From assembly GCA_964016885.1 (NCBI GenBank), contig OZ024745.1, positions 129,270,001-129,334,000 on the forward strand: a DNA stretch of 64,000 nucleotides. Reading direction: 5' to 3'. Made by a program: the position numbers and the translations under genes. The DNA comes from Eledone cirrhosa. Its lineage: Eukaryota. The first letter of the stretch is position 1. Each line of letters begins with the position of its first letter. Below, piece after piece: positions 25,411 to 42,200 of the stretch. Under the pieces are notes generated by a model. The model was not told where the DNA came from, made no database searches, and saw only the letters and a list, made by a program, of their open reading frames with translations.

Positions 25411-25873
25411 ACTCACAAAAGTCAAAGCGCCAGCCATTAAGTATATGTGTATCAAAATTACCAGCGTCCTCCAGTTTTAGCGCTTTTACTAGGATGCTTT
25501 CATATTTCTTTATGACTCTCGATTAGTTATGGAAGCGTTACACATATCATGATACAAAGCTACAATATACACAGAAAGAACATAGACGGTCCATAAACAA
25601 ATAAACACGGTATGAAGCAAATCACAATTTTCTAACTCTGGCGAAAATGTCGACACAATTTCTGGCAATAATATTTACACAAATCCCATTTGCCTGCAAT
25701 ACAGTAGAGAAGGTAATAACACTTCACACTTATGATGGGACTGTGAAAGTCAAGAAACGTTGATAAGAGATGGATTTAGGAATTTATTGTTCCAAACAAA
25801 CTACAAGGGACTGATAAAGGAACAAGAACAACTTTGGTAAAGAAACTAAACCGTTTTATTATTACACACACGC

Positions 25874-25958
<85 letters not shown>

Positions 25959-25982
25959 TGTATATATATATATATATATATG

Positions 25983-26077
<95 letters not shown>

Positions 26078-26213
26078 ATATATATACATATATTTATATA
26101 TACACATATATTTATGTATATGTATAGGTATATATTCATGTATGTATATATATGTATATATATGTGTATATATATATATGTGCGTATGTATATATGAATA
26201 TGTATATATGTAT

Positions 26214-27645
26214 ATGTAAATGACAAGCAAAGTGTGTTTAAACTTTCAAACATTTAATCACTGACGATCGTTTCATCCTAGCACAAGGCCGATGTCATCG
26301 GAATCATCATAGAATCTACCATTTTCACACATCCCCTCTCTGATCCCTTCTATCACCACTACAATTTATTATAACCACCTCTTCACATTTAGGCAACTTA
26401 ATAATACATTGTTTCCACATAAGCCTGACATATTTCTTTTTGCTACTAATATATATATAATAACCACTGCCTCATCCTCTATTTTTATTTAATATTAACT
26501 ATTCAATACTAGTAAATTAACTTATATAATTCTTTATCCTTTCATATTGCTTCAAATTTTAAGTATACATAATTAATTTTTTTAATATCGCATAGGATTT
26601 TTAGTATACATAGATAATTTCATTCTCTGTATTTTGTAAATTTCTTATTCTTTTAAAGTTCTTTAGTTTTACAATCATTAGCCCTGTAATATTTTTTAAT
26701 TCGATTGCCATACATCTTTGCATGCTAAATTTTTCTATTTTTCTTTTCTAAATATATAGTAACTCTCTAATATATAGGTCTTACATGAATTACCTCCCCT
26801 TTATTTTTACTTTTATTTTTTTAAAACCGTTTTTAAGGATTAATTCCATCCTAAGATGGATGATATGTACTCTTGATGGCGTATGATTTTGTCTCCTCTA
26901 TTCAACTGTCATTCTTTACATGATGTGTCTTGAGTGCCTAATTGATAATACTTCCATCTATATTGGATTTTTTACTTTGATGATTGTATTTATTTGGACG
27001 CTTTGAAAAATATTTTATTATTATGACTGAATTATGTAATCGAACTTACAGTCTTGCATCTGTCTGTAACCCCTGGCTATGCTACACGTACATCTAAACT
27101 TTTTAAAATGTATTTTTAAATATATTTAAAAAAAATATTTTTTGGAGAAGTATTTTTACATATATGTTGAATTGTATGCCTTCTCTTATTAACTTTATTA
27201 ACTTTCTTAACTACTTATGATATATATTTTTTACTCTACTTAATTTATCTGTAACAGCAGGTTTTTTAATTTTTAAAATTTTATTGCTTTTATCTGCTCC
27301 TAATTTTTATTGCATTTACCTGCTTCTGTTCTTCATATGCTTTTTCCGCCTTTGATAACTTATATAAATGTTGATACTTATGCTTATCTAGCCTCCCATA
27401 TTATGTATCCTCTTAATGTTCTTGTGACAAAGTGTTGATATCATATTTGTGTTTGACTTTTGTTATCTTCTCCGATGAATCCAGCCTTGTAATAGGATGA
27501 AACGATCGTCAGTGATTAAATGTTTGAAACCTTAAACACTGTTTGATTGCCATTTACATTGTATTTCGGCTCTATAATATACTTGTTATTTTATATCGAG
27601 CTATTTTCATACTTGTAACTGGGTAATATTTATTATTACCCGCAT
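26214..27645. mobile_element. PLE-like element with inverted hammerhead-bearing ends (motifs ~26259-26304 minus, ~27468-27514 plus)
   Basis: CCGATGA (C)ATC(C)..GGAT GAAAC GATC GTC AGTGATTAAATGTTTGAAA at both ends in opposite orientation; AT-rich interior; TA-rich flanks. Confidence 0.8.
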
Positions 27646-27669
27646 TATATATATATTTACATATAGCTA

Positions 27670-27729
<60 letters not shown>

Positions 27730-28149
27730 CCTACAAAAAAGATGCTATGGTGACAAAGACTGATGGAATGCATTTGAACAGATTTGCACAATCAGGTTTA
27801 ATCTGGGTCTAAACAACAACAATAACAACAACAATAACGACACAACCACAACATAAACCATAAAAAATATATGCATATGGAAAATTACAATGATACATAT
27901 AAAGAAAGGAAGGAAGAAAGAAAGAGAGGAAGGAAGGAAAGGAAACGAAAGGAAAAATGAAATGAAAAACAAGAGAGTTGGCACAAAGCAAGAGGAAGGA
28001 AGAAGTAAAGAAGGAAAAGAATTAAAAAAAGGATGAAAGAGGAAAATAATCAAGATATGTGAAGAAACGTAGAACGGTTGCTAAAACTGGAACGAGATAG
28101 AAAACTGAAAGAAAAATAACAGAAGAGGAAATCTTTCTCTCTCTCTTTC

Positions 28150-29187
28150 ACATATGCATACAGACACACACATACACATAGATAGACACATACATATATA
28201 GATAGACACATACACACAGACATACACAGACACACACTCACATACAGACACACACACAGATATACACAGACACACACACACTCACACGCAGACACATACA
28301 TACACACACACACAGATATACACAGACACACACACACTCACACGCAGACACACACACACACACAGATATACACAGACACACACACACACAGACTCACACG
28401 CAGACACATACAGACACACACACATATATACACAGACACACACACACTCACACGCAGACACATACAGACACACACACACACACACATATACACAGACACA
28501 CACTCACTCACACGCAGACACATACAGACACACACACACACAGATATACACATACACACAGACACTCACACGCAGATACATACAGACACACACAGATATA
28601 CACAGACACACACCCACACACACTCACACGCAGACACATACAGACACACACACAGATATACACAGACACACAGACAGTCACACGCAGACACATACAGACA
28701 CACACACACAGATATACACAGACACACACACACACACACTCACACGCAGACACATACAGACACAACACACACAGATATACACAGACATACACACTCACAC
28801 ACAGACACATACAAACACACACAGATATGCACAGACACACACACACTCACACGCAGACACAGACACAGACACACACAGAGATATAACCAGACATATATAA
28901 ACCCAGACACATACAGAGACATACCAAAACACACACATACACATACAGACACTGGCAGACACAGATACACACACATACAGACAGACACACTCACACACAC
29001 AGACACACACCCAAACACATATATATATACACACACACACACAAAAGAACTAAGTGAAGAACACAATCTACAAGACAAGAATAACTAAGAATAGAATCAT
29101 TATAAATACACACACATACACGCACATACACAGACACACATACATACACACTGAGACACAGACACACATACACACACACAGACACAG

Positions 29188-29218
<31 letters not shown>

Positions 29219-29225
29219 CACATAT
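28150..29225. repeat. CA-rich degenerate minisatellite (~50-60-bp higher-order unit)
   Basis: Recurrent CTCACACGCAGACACATACAGACACACA..GATATACACAGAC. Confidence 0.85.
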
Positions 29226-29310
29226 ATATAAGTAGATCATGCCAATGGATAAACTATGAGAATACGGAGAATAATGATTTCAGTCGTATTAATAAACCTC
29301 TGTAATAAAG

Positions 29311-29868
29311 GTTTCTTATATAGGCACAAGGCCAGCAATTTTGGGGAGGGGAAAGTCGATTAAATCGACCCCAGTGCGTGACTGGTACTTTATTTTATCG
29401 ACCCCGTAAGTATGAAAGGCAAAGTTAACTTAAGCGGGATTTGAACTCAGATCATAAAGTGCCTTAACTACGCCATAAAGCATGGTGTCCGACGCTTTCC
29501 CAATAATAATAATAATTGTTTCTACTTTAGGCACAAGGCCAGCAATTTGAAGTGTGTGGGAAGGTGGGCGGGGGGGGGGGGTCGCTTAAAATGACCCAGT
29601 GTATTACTGGTACTTTATTTCATCGATCCCGTAAAGATGAAAGGCAAATTTAACCTCGGCGAATTTGAACTCAGAACCTAAGGGGTCATAACTCTGCATA
29701 AGGATACCAATTTTGGGAGAGGGGAAAGTCGATTAAATTTACTCTAATGCATTACTGGTGCTTTATTTATCGACCCTGTAAAGATGAAAGGCAAAGTTAA
29801 TCTCAGCGGGATTTGAACTCAGAACGTAAAGGAGCGTAACTACGCTATAAAGCATGTCCGACGCTCTC
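29311..29868 (-). mobile_element. SINE family 1, three tandem copies
   Basis: Reverse-complement core three times. Confidence 0.9.
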
Positions 29869-29889
29869 AATAATAATAATATGATAATA

Positions 29890-30318
29890 TTTATAGTATG
29901 TATGGTGAGAAATGTGATGCAATAAACCAGATTATTAATGAATGTAAGATGGTTGCTCAGAAATTGTACAAGAGAAAGCATGACAAAGTTGCCAGATTAG
30001 TTCATTGGAAGCTCTCTCATGAGTATGACATGATCAGAAACGAGAAGTGGTATGGACAACAACCAGAAAGGGTTGCTAAAAATAAACAATATAAGATCTT
30101 GTGGGACATGAACATCCAGTGCGGCCATTTTATCGTGGCTAGAAAGCTTGATATTGTTGTTGTAGAAAAATAAATATTAATAAGGTATGTATTGGGTATA
30201 TTGTTTCACCCTGAATGAGAAGGAAGGTGAGAAAGTTGAGAAATACCTGGAGCTGAATAGAGAAATCAGGAAATTATGGAGGATCAGATGCATAGAAGTG
30301 GTACCGATTGTGGTTACA
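29890..30318 (+). mobile_element. Second, older R4/Dong-like RLE fragment
   Basis: IINECK..YKRKHDKVARLVHWKL..WY..PE....KILWD.NIQ..ARK.DIVVV ... EVVPIVV; preceded by (AAT)n. Confidence 0.8.
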
Positions 30319-30496
30319 GAGAGAGAGAGAGGGGAGGGGGGAGAGAAACAGGTACATAGATAGTCATTTTAGATAAATCCATGTATATATGTATTTATGA
30401 ATGATCTGCTTTTGTTTTTCCCATACACACATACAGAGTGAGAGAGAGAAAGAAAGAAAGAAAGAGATAGAGAGAGGGGAGAGAGAGAGGGGAGAG

Positions 30497-30528
<32 letters not shown>

Positions 30529-30629
30529 CGAAGGGGGAGATGATCTATTTTCCCTTAGAGCAAGGGTTTTCGATGGAAATTTAGACATCAAATAGTCATG
30601 TATGTATGTATGTGTGTATATATGTAATC

Positions 30630-31033
30630 ATCCAAAATCACCGGGAGAGATGACCCCTTAGCCTTTGTCAAGGCAGAATTCTAGGAGAAGGAAAACTCTG
30701 ATATAACACCTGCAACCCTGATTGTATCTTCTTTTTGGTAAATATCATCTTGGTTAAGAGAGTGGGACTGGCTTTGTGCAGTGCCTTTGCTCACTATAAA
30801 AGCTTCACGGCACAGGCATTGCTTTATATCTGGAGATCTCTCTGCACTTGTCGTCACATGGTACCATGGGCCCTGCACTATGTGTCAATAATTGTCACAA
30901 GTGTAGTGTTTGTACCAGAGTTTTCAAGTCGCTGGCTGGACTAAAAAGTCACACTCGTTCAGCGCATCGGTAGGGGTTCTCCTACATGGATATAAAGTAG
31001 TGGCCGTACTAGAAAACGAGTTGGCAGCCACCA
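30630..31033 (+). mobile_element. RTE-like LINE 3' end with C-terminal C2H2 finger and (TATG)n tail
   Basis: CSVCTRVFKSLAGLKSHTRSAHR* then GAGTTGGCAGCCACCAT(ATGT)n; near-identical copy at 59668-59908 (-). Confidence 0.7.
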
Positions 31034-31055
31034 TATATGTATGTATGTATGTATG

Positions 31056-31118
<63 letters not shown>

Positions 31119-32549
31119 ATGTATATATGTATGTATATGCATTAGATACATATACACACATGCGCATATCATCACCAGTATCCTCATGAGTTCTAGTGAG
31201 CAATTCCATTATTTTTTGTCTCTTAAAGTAGAATTTTAGTTTTGCATGCATGTATGATGTATGATGTATGTATGTATGTATGTATGTATGTATGTAGGTA
31301 TGTATGTATGTATTTATGATGTATGTATGTAGGTATGTATGTATTTATGATGTATGTATGTATGCATGTATATATGCATGTATGTATGTATGTATGTAAG
31401 CATATAAGTATGTATGCTTGAATGTACGTACGTATGTACGTACATGTGTGTATGTATGTATGTATGTATGTATGTATGTATATATATACGTATGTATGTG
31501 TGTATGTATGTACGTAATTATGTATGCATATATGTATGAATGTATGTACGTATGTATGTATATATATATGTGTATATATGTATATATGCATGTATGTGTG
31601 TATATGTATGTCAGTTTATATAATTAATGCCAGAGAATATACATCAGTTTACTATTTATCTCTCCTTTGTTATATTTTAGTTTCCCCGTTTATTTATTTA
31701 TTTTTTTTTAATTTGATTGTTTATGTAGATTTTCAAATGTTTTTCCTGATTATCATTATTAATTTTGTAATATTTCCAGATTTGTTGATAGAAAATTTGG
31801 CAGAGTTTTTATAATAATATTCATACGTCTTTGAGAGAAAGGCACACAGCAAGATTTTAGAACCGTAAACTTAAATAAGAATATAGTTTATTCCCGAGAG
31901 AAGGAATTAAGTGGGATTTCTGCCAACACTTTGAAAGTGAGGCCGATTTATGAAAACAAAGAAACACACACACATATATACAAATAAATATTCACTCACA
32001 CGCACGCGCACGTACACATACGCAAACAAACACGCAATCTGCTTACAAACATTAAATATTCACACTTACACTCGCACAATCACACAAGAAAGACTTATGC
32101 ATATACTCAGAGACAAATATATATATAGAGAGAGAACAGAAAAATAACTAAAGAGAAAAATGGTAGGCCGTATAGAATTCCTCAACTGCTACAACAAAAC
32201 CAACACGAGAAACAATAGAACCTGTATTCATAGCAAAATGCAAACAGAAATCCAACTATCACAACACATGAAATAGTTTTAAATATGGCGACAGTGGTTT
32301 TATCAGTTACATTATTCCCACGTATTGCAAAACCACGAAGTTATCTATTATCGTTGTGAGAGGGTCCGAGAATAACGTTCTAAAATCCGTTAGTCTTGAA
32401 TGGTTTATGGACTTACGCGAGTTAATGGAGTAATTTGAATATATTAAAAAATTGTTAATACAGATCATCACAGATCATCAAAGTCTAACATGTTTTGTCA
32501 TACACACACACACACACACACACGTACACACACACGTACACACACACGT

Positions 32550-32619
<70 letters not shown>

Positions 32620-32677
32620 ACACACACACGCGCACACACACACACACGCGCAGACACACACACGCACGCACACACAC

Positions 32678-32791
<114 letters not shown>

Positions 32792-33215
32792 TCGTTCAAA
32801 TTTGTTTAAACACTGCTCTAGTGTGGCAACATGCCGGCTCGTTCCTCTCTGAGTTAAAAACATAAACACACATTTTTTCGTCTCTTTTTTTTTCTGTGCT
32901 TGTTTCGTTAAGGTCTACCACCATTCCTTTGGTATGCATCTATTACGCAATCTAGACCTGAAGATATCACAGGGTTCTTACGCAACCTGGTCACTGACAT
33001 GTGCATAGTGTTCGCATAAAAAAAACTAAGAAAATTCAACATATTTGGCCTCCTGTCATTTCAATTTATAATACATTTACTCCGTTCACGCACCAGCAAC
33101 ATGATTCAACATCGAAGATGGAAGAGTGGCATAACGTCTAGTGCCTTTCCTATTACGCCACGGTAATATTGCAGAATGCCCAGTCCTAATCAGTGGTAAA
33201 CCACCAAATTTAAAC

Positions 33216-33271
<56 letters not shown>

Positions 33272-33799
33272 ATATACTATTTATAGTTATGTATATACTA
33301 TACTATAGACAACTATCAACAGGGAAGGTCAGTAATTAATTACAACCTTATTACCAGTAAGATAAATAGCTCAATGTAAGAACATCAGTTGTTTTACAGA
33401 GCAGTAATATATATATATATCAGTCACTGCCCAGCTGAAGCCCAGACAAGTGGTGGAGCTGCGTTAAGCAAGACACTACTGAGTTTGAGGAGCCAAGCTA
33501 TGCTGGTCGAGCCGGTGAACCAGCACATCTGAAACTATGTTGCAATGGATGATATCCCATTTGTTTTGGAAGGCCTGGACGTCTATGGAGAGGAGAGCGG
33601 GATGAACATTAACAGACGAAGTTGAGTAGGTTCCATGTTGTGTTGTGGAGAACCTTGTTGATGAAGACATGGCAAGAGGTCAGCGATGAAAGGAAAGCAG
33701 GCAGGGTCAGTGAGACAAGAGATCAAAGTCGCCATTTGGGTATGGGTCCTGCTGTCATCCAGTGTCATCAAACCAGATGTTGCATTATATATATATAAA

Positions 33800-33962
33800 T
33801 GAAGTAATTCCGTCGGAAAGGTCCAGGAAAAAAGAGTGCTTAATCTAGGTTACAGAGCTTAATAGTTATGTAATAAACAACATAAGATAATTATTTCATT
33901 TACCAGTGGTTTCTTGACAGCAAACAAATGAAATAATTATCTTATGTATTTTATTACATAAA
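33800..33962. mobile_element. Family C fold-back fragment in (TA)n
   Basis: Homologous to 14430-14645 and 42547-42670; internal inverted arms. Confidence 0.7.
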
Positions 33963-35058
33963 TATATATATATATATATTTGTGTGTATGTAAAGGGACT
34001 TGTAGGAATTATTATAAAATGGCCATGGAAGACCTGACCAAACTGATTAGAGTGAGAAATCATTAGTACACTGACCTACTTCCAGCCCTTACCACTATCA
34101 CCGCCATCACCACCACCACGGCAGTATGACCACTGGAAACGGCAGACAAAATGGTCAGGTAAAGAAAAGACAACGTTTGTCAAGCATAAATCTAAAACAT
34201 TTTGAATTAGACCGTCAATGTTGAATGAATGCCCCACAAAGCATACTAAATGATATTATGGCAGTTCAAATATAGATGGAAAACTTCTAGCAGTTGATGG
34301 GACTGATGTTGCGAAAAAGCTCTATCTACACAAAAGCCAGCTTGCTACTGCAAAAAGTCTCAACAAAATACACCCAATTCATAAGCGACAATGTATGAGA
34401 GAAACATTAATGCAACATTATGATAGTCATGGCTTTACATAGAGCCGTACACTGAGTACCTGTTGTAAAGACTCACACTGTGTACAGGATCTTTTTACTC
34501 TCAACTATTAGAATTTAGAGCAGCTTGTAAGAGACGATCAGAAGGCTATCAGAAGCCGAACTATGAAAACCCGAGCGAACAAGCACCTTGTAACTCCTGC
34601 CATCTATATTGCATGAGCCAGTGATTGCTTCGTTGGAAACCTTCAATTAATGAAGCCATTGTTCATAAATTTATGTCACAAAAAAAAAGAAGACACATGT
34701 ATATTCTTAACAGTATACTTTCATACGTCATACAAATGTCAAGAGAATAAAAAAACAAGAGCAGTAGAAAGAACCGGAGTAGTAGAAGAAACACCAATTG
34801 GAGCAAATACAACAATAGTAACAGCAATTGTAATAAACCTACATTCACTCCGACCACCAACTACAGCTCAACTACCACTACTACTCTCACAATCTGTCAA
34901 ATACGTCTGAGTTTGAAAAGTAACTTTTTACAATTTGCCTTTCACATTCCTAGGCAGATATTTTCTCTACCCCCCCCCTCTCTTTCTCGCCCATGCACAC
35001 ACATATGTACAATATAAACACACACACACACACACATATATATATAAATTTAGACATA

Positions 35059-35115
<57 letters not shown>

Positions 35116-35207
35116 TTCTCTCTCTCTCTTTCTCACACACACACACATAAACACACACATACACACACACACGCACACAAACACACACACACACAAACAC
35201 ACACACA

Positions 35208-35376
<169 letters not shown>

Positions 35377-35420
35377 TTATTTATATGTATGTATGTATTA
35401 ATACACATATGCATATATGC

Positions 35421-35453
<33 letters not shown>

Positions 35454-35580
35454 GTAACATCACCATCTTTCTTATTGTTATTCTTATATATATGAATTCT
35501 TATATATATGTGTGTTTATGTGTGCGTGCGTGTGTGTTTATGTGTGTGTGAGAGAGAGAGAGAGAAAGAGAGAGAGATAG

Positions 35581-35654
<74 letters not shown>

Positions 35655-35867
35655 TATGTATAAAGTGAAAGACATACAGAGAATTGTGTAGGTTTATGTT
35701 CGTGTTTTTTATTGTCCAATAACTGTCTGATATTCGTTATCGATCTCTGTACAAAGATAACCACGCCCTACTACCATAATCATTTAATCTGGCTACGTCA
35801 CCAATATCTTGTCTAGAACCACTAGCAGGAAAAACATTACCTATTTTACCAATAACACCTGTAGCTT

Positions 35868-37097
<1,230 letters not shown>

Positions 37098-37177
37098 AAC
37101 AAATGAACAAAGCACCTTAATCAACTTAACCAACATCAATTTTGTCATCGCTGATTCTTACCACCATGACACACGCA

Positions 37178-38090
37178 GTACTTCCGCCATCACCACTACT
37201 TCCGTCTCAGTCACTACTTCCGTCAACCCCACTACTTCCGCCACCCCCACTACTTCCGCCATCACCACTACTTCCGTCTCAGTCGCTACTTCCCTCACCC
37301 CCACTACTTCCGTCACCCCCACTACTTCCGTCTCAGTCACTACTTCCGTCTCAGTCACTACTTCCATCACCCCCACTACTTCCGTCACCCCCACTACTTC
37401 CGTCACCCCCACTACTTCCCTCACCCCCACTACTTCCGTCACCACAATAACTTCCGTCACCACCACTACTTCCCTCACCCCCACTACTTCCGTCACCCCC
37501 ACTACTTCCGTCACCACCACTACTTCCGTCACCCCCACTACTTCCCTCACCCCCACTACTTCCGCCACCCCGACTACTTCCCTCACCCCCACTACTTCCG
37601 TCACCACAATAACTTCCGTCACCACCACTACTTCCCTCACCCCCACTACTTCCGTCACCCCCACTCCTTCCCTCACCCCCACTACTTCCCTCACCCCCAC
37701 TACTTCCCTCACCCCCACTACTTCCGTCACCACAATAACTTCCGTCACCACCACTACTTCCCTCACCCCCACTACTTCCGTCACCCCCACTACTTCCCTC
37801 ACCCCTACTACTTCCCTCACCCCCACTACTTCCGTCACCCCCACTACTTCCCTCACCCCCACTACTTCCGTCACCACAATAACTTCCGTCACCACCACTA
37901 CTTCCGTCACCCCCACTACTTCCGTCACCCCCACTACTTCCCTCACCCCCACTACTTCCGTCACCCCCACTACTTCCGTCACCCCCACTACTTCCGTCAC
38001 CACAACTACTTCCGTCACCACAACTACTTCCGTCACAGCCACTACTTCCCTCAACCCCATTACTTCCCCCACCCCCACTACTTCCGTCCC
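37178..38090. repeat. 18-bp minisatellite ACTACTTCC(G/C)TCACCCCC, ~50 units
   Basis: Direct reading; variants include ACCACAATA. Confidence 0.95.
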
Positions 38091-38286
38091 CACGCCACAA
38101 AAAAAAAGCTATAAACATTCGAGAAAATTACGAGACCGCCACATTATCACACAACCTGCTAGAAATAACAGCCAAATATCCATCAAAACACACCATAGTG
38201 CCTTTAACGCAGCAATACACGTTTGATAATCTAGTTAAGCTATACACTGCTTCAAACCAAATACGTATACTAAGTGTATACTGAAT

Positions 38287-38558
38287 CGGTGAATAGGCAG
38301 AGTCGTTAGAACGTCGGATAGAATGTTTTATGGTATTCGTTCCGGATCTCTACTCTCTGAGTTCAAATCCGAGGTCAACTTCGCCTTTTATCCTTTCGAG
38401 GTCGATAAAAAAAAGGTTCCAGGCGATTCTTCTTTTCTCTGGAAGAAATCTACTGTACTCAGGCCTGGAGAGGAATGGGCTCCACTAGGATTTAAATGCC
38501 CAAGAAACGCCGTATGTTAGTACGGCACCCTTACGATTCTATCAGGAATTACGAGACC
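38287..38558 (+). mobile_element. SINE family 2
   Basis: GGCAGAGTCGTTAGAACGTCGGA head, core, CTGGAAGAAATCTACTGTA tail. Confidence 0.8.
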
Positions 38559-38892
38559 ATACCATATAATACTCAATCATGACACACCAGGGGCTTTACG
38601 TAAACAATAACAACAAAAATAGCGACAAAATCAAGACGAACAACAACGATAACAACGATAAGAAGAGCAAAAGCAATAACCAAACCAGTCTTCGTATGTA
38701 TCCACACCGCCATTACATGAGAATATTTACGCTATCGAACAATCTGTTTGAAATAGCACCTGAATTTCCTTCAAATTCTAAACTGAAGTTTACATTATGT
38801 CTGAAATATAAGAGAGCATAGATGTGAGTGAAACATATTTATGCATTAGGTTTGCTTGATTTGAGTCGGAAGAGCATCAGACTTTTACTTAA

Positions 38893-39068
38893 GGGCGGTG
38901 GATTGCCAGTATCGGTGGAGGGTCGGACGTCATGTTTGCAACATAGAGTTACGGCCCTTTACGGTCTGAGGTCAACTTTGCCTTTCATCCTTACAGGGTC
39001 GATAAAATAAAGTACCAGTAATGTACTGCGATATTTGCTGGCCTTGTGCCGAAAGTAGAAACAATTAT
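38893..39068 (+). mobile_element. SINE family 1 (B box deleted)
   Basis: Head/core/tail; lacks TTCAAATCCCGCCGAG. Confidence 0.85.
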
Positions 39069-39104
39069 AATCACAAGTCTTAACCAAACTCCGCGTCCCG
39101 ATTG

Positions 39105-39346
39105 CCGCCGCCGACAACAACAACAACAACAACAACACCACCAACACCACCACCACCACCACGACCACCACCAACACCACCAACACCACCACCACCACCA
39201 CCACCACCACCACCAACAACAACAACAGCAACAACACCACTACCACCAACACCACTACCACCACCACACCACCACCACCACCATCACCACCACTACCACC
39301 ACCACCACCACCACCACCACCACCACACCACCACACCACCACCACC

Positions 39347-39378
<32 letters not shown>

Positions 39379-40187
39379 CACCACCACCACACCACCACCA
39401 CCACCACCACTACCACCACCACCACCACCACCACCACCAACAACAACACCACGACCACCACGACGACCACCACCACCACCACCACCACCACCACCACCAC
39501 CACCACCACCACCACAACAACACCACACCACCACCACCACCACCACCACCACCACCACCACCACCACCACCACCACCACAACAACACCACACCACCACCA
39601 CCATCACCACCACTACCACCACCACCACCACCACCACACCACCACCACCACCACCACAACAACACCACACCACCACCACCATCACCACCACCACCACCAC
39701 CACCACCACCACCACCACACCACCACCACCACCACCACACCACCACCACCACCACAACAACAACACCACACCACCACCACTATCACCACCACCACCACCA
39801 CCACCACCACCACCACCACCACACCACCACACCACCACCACCACCACCACCACCACCACCACCACACCACCACCACCACCACCACCACCACCACCACCAC
39901 CACCACCACACCACCACACCACCACCACCACCACCACCACCACCACCACCACACCACCACACCACCACCACCACCACCACCACCACACCACCACCACACC
40001 ACCACCACCACCACCACCACCACCACCACCACCACCACCACCACCACCACCACCACCACCACCACCACCACCACCACCACCACCACCACACCACCACCAC
40101 CACCACCACCACCACCACCACCACCACCACCACCACCACCACCACCACCACCACCACCACCACCACCACCACCACCACCACCACCAC
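39105..40187. repeat. (CAC/CAA)n microsatellite
   Basis: Direct reading. Confidence 0.97.
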
Positions 40188-40281
40188 TCTATGTTAATCA
40201 ATACAATTACAATCCATCACTGTCATTTATACCCCAGAAACCATAAATAAATACTAGCGACACAATTATAATTAGCAGCGC

Positions 40282-40544
40282 TGCTACAACTATAGCCCCT
40301 GCCACAACTATAGCCCCTGCCACAACTATAGCCCCTGCCACAACTATAGCCCCTGCTACAACTATAGCCCCTGCCACAACTATAGCCCCTGCCACAACTA
40401 TAGCCCCTGCTACAACTATAGCCCCTGCTACAACTATAGCCCCTGCCACAACTATAGCCCCTGCCACAACTATAGCCCCTGCCACAACTATAGCCCCTGC
40501 CACAACTATAGCCCCTGCCACAACTATAGCCCCTGCCACAACTA
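40282..40544. repeat. 18-bp minisatellite GC(C/T)ACAACTATAGCCCCT, ~14.5 units
   Basis: Direct reading. Confidence 0.96.
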
Positions 40545-40635
40545 TCATGACGGCCGCCATTAAGACTCTTCTAGATCCATCACCATTGAGTATCGGTATG
40601 ATATGTAAAGGGCCATATATGTGAGTGTCTATGTA

Positions 40636-41166
<531 letters not shown>

Positions 41167-41521
41167 ACACGATAAATTAACGGAGCCATAGACTCTCGTT
41201 ATTCCCTGTCAATAATGTGTTCAAAGGACAAGGAATCCTGAGCTCTTTAAAATATATATATATTTATTTAGGTTTGTTGGTTCACCACTGATAGAACTGG
41301 TCATTGCGTATGGTCAACCTCGATGTAATATTATGGAGAGCACTCAACGTAGTGCAAGTCACCCGTCTTCGTTAGTATAGTTGGTGGTGCGAGTACGGAG
41401 TTAATTATTATAAAATAGGGCGACCGACTGAGGTAGAAGCTGCTAAATAGTCGGTCCTCCTCTTGTCTCTGATTTTCAGCCCCATGGATTTTATCTGTTA
41501 TATTCCTTTGTTATATTTTGA

Positions 41522-41579
41522 ATACCTGATGATGTCACCGGATTCATACTGAACCCGGTCATTGAAATGATCATAGTAT
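41522..41579 (+). ncRNA. Type I hammerhead ribozyme motif (family E), in element ~41262-41628
   Basis: ATAC CTGATGA TGTCACCGG..CCGGTCATT GAAA TGATCA TA GTAT; palindromic stem III ATGATCAT. Confidence 0.8.
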
Positions 41580-41719
41580 AATAAACCTTTCAAGGATTTA
41601 CACCAGTCCAACCTCCTGTTATTCTATAATATATATATATATATGTAGATGTGTGTCTGTGTGTGTATGCATTGCATCTATGTGAGCATATATATGTGTA
41701 TGTATGCATATATTTATAA

Positions 41720-41976
41720 ATATAGGAATTGAATAATCAAAACCTTGGCGGTATGTCGCATATCCAATCTCTCATATATTTTATCTGATGAAAACGTCCT
41801 TAAACACCATTGTACCTTTGAAATATGTATAATAAAATATATATTTTGGTTATGAGAATATTTTTCATTTATTAATATTTTTAATAATATTAAATACTCA
41901 AGAAAAACTGTCGAGTGCTTCTAATCTATTGTAAAATTGTATTCGTTGAATAATAAACGAACCATATAAAGTTTGG

Positions 41977-41982
<6 letters not shown>
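41720..41982 (+). mobile_element. PLE family A pLTR with hammerhead motif at 41777-41839
   Basis: Nearly identical to 20222-20395; stem I TATTTTAT/ATAAAATA perfect. Confidence 0.8.
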
Positions 41983-42012
<30 letters not shown>

Positions 42013-42155
42013 ATTAGAATACTGGAGCGTGTTTGAGTCAAACACCCTCTTCGTATTATAGAAATGACAGTAAAAGGTATAGCTCAATGCAGTTAAACAG
42101 AGCCGAAAAATTAAGAGAGTAAAACAAAGAATCCTTTAATACATCAAAAGTTTTT

Positions 42156-42200
42156 ATTAGCCGACAATGTTTCGTCCTATTAAGGACTCATCAGGGCAAT
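42156..42200 (-). ncRNA. Canonical minimal type I hammerhead ribozyme (family F), in element ~42010-42485
   Basis: Reverse complement: ATTGCC CTGATGA GTCC TTAATA GGAC GAAAC ATT GTC GGC TAAT; all core nucleotides present and GUC cleavage triplet. Confidence 0.9.

Noticed and set aside
30883-30973. C2H2 zinc finger as part of a host ZNF gene
   Set aside because: Single finger followed by a stop and a repeat tail, present twice as a dispersed repeat; fits a LINE C-terminus
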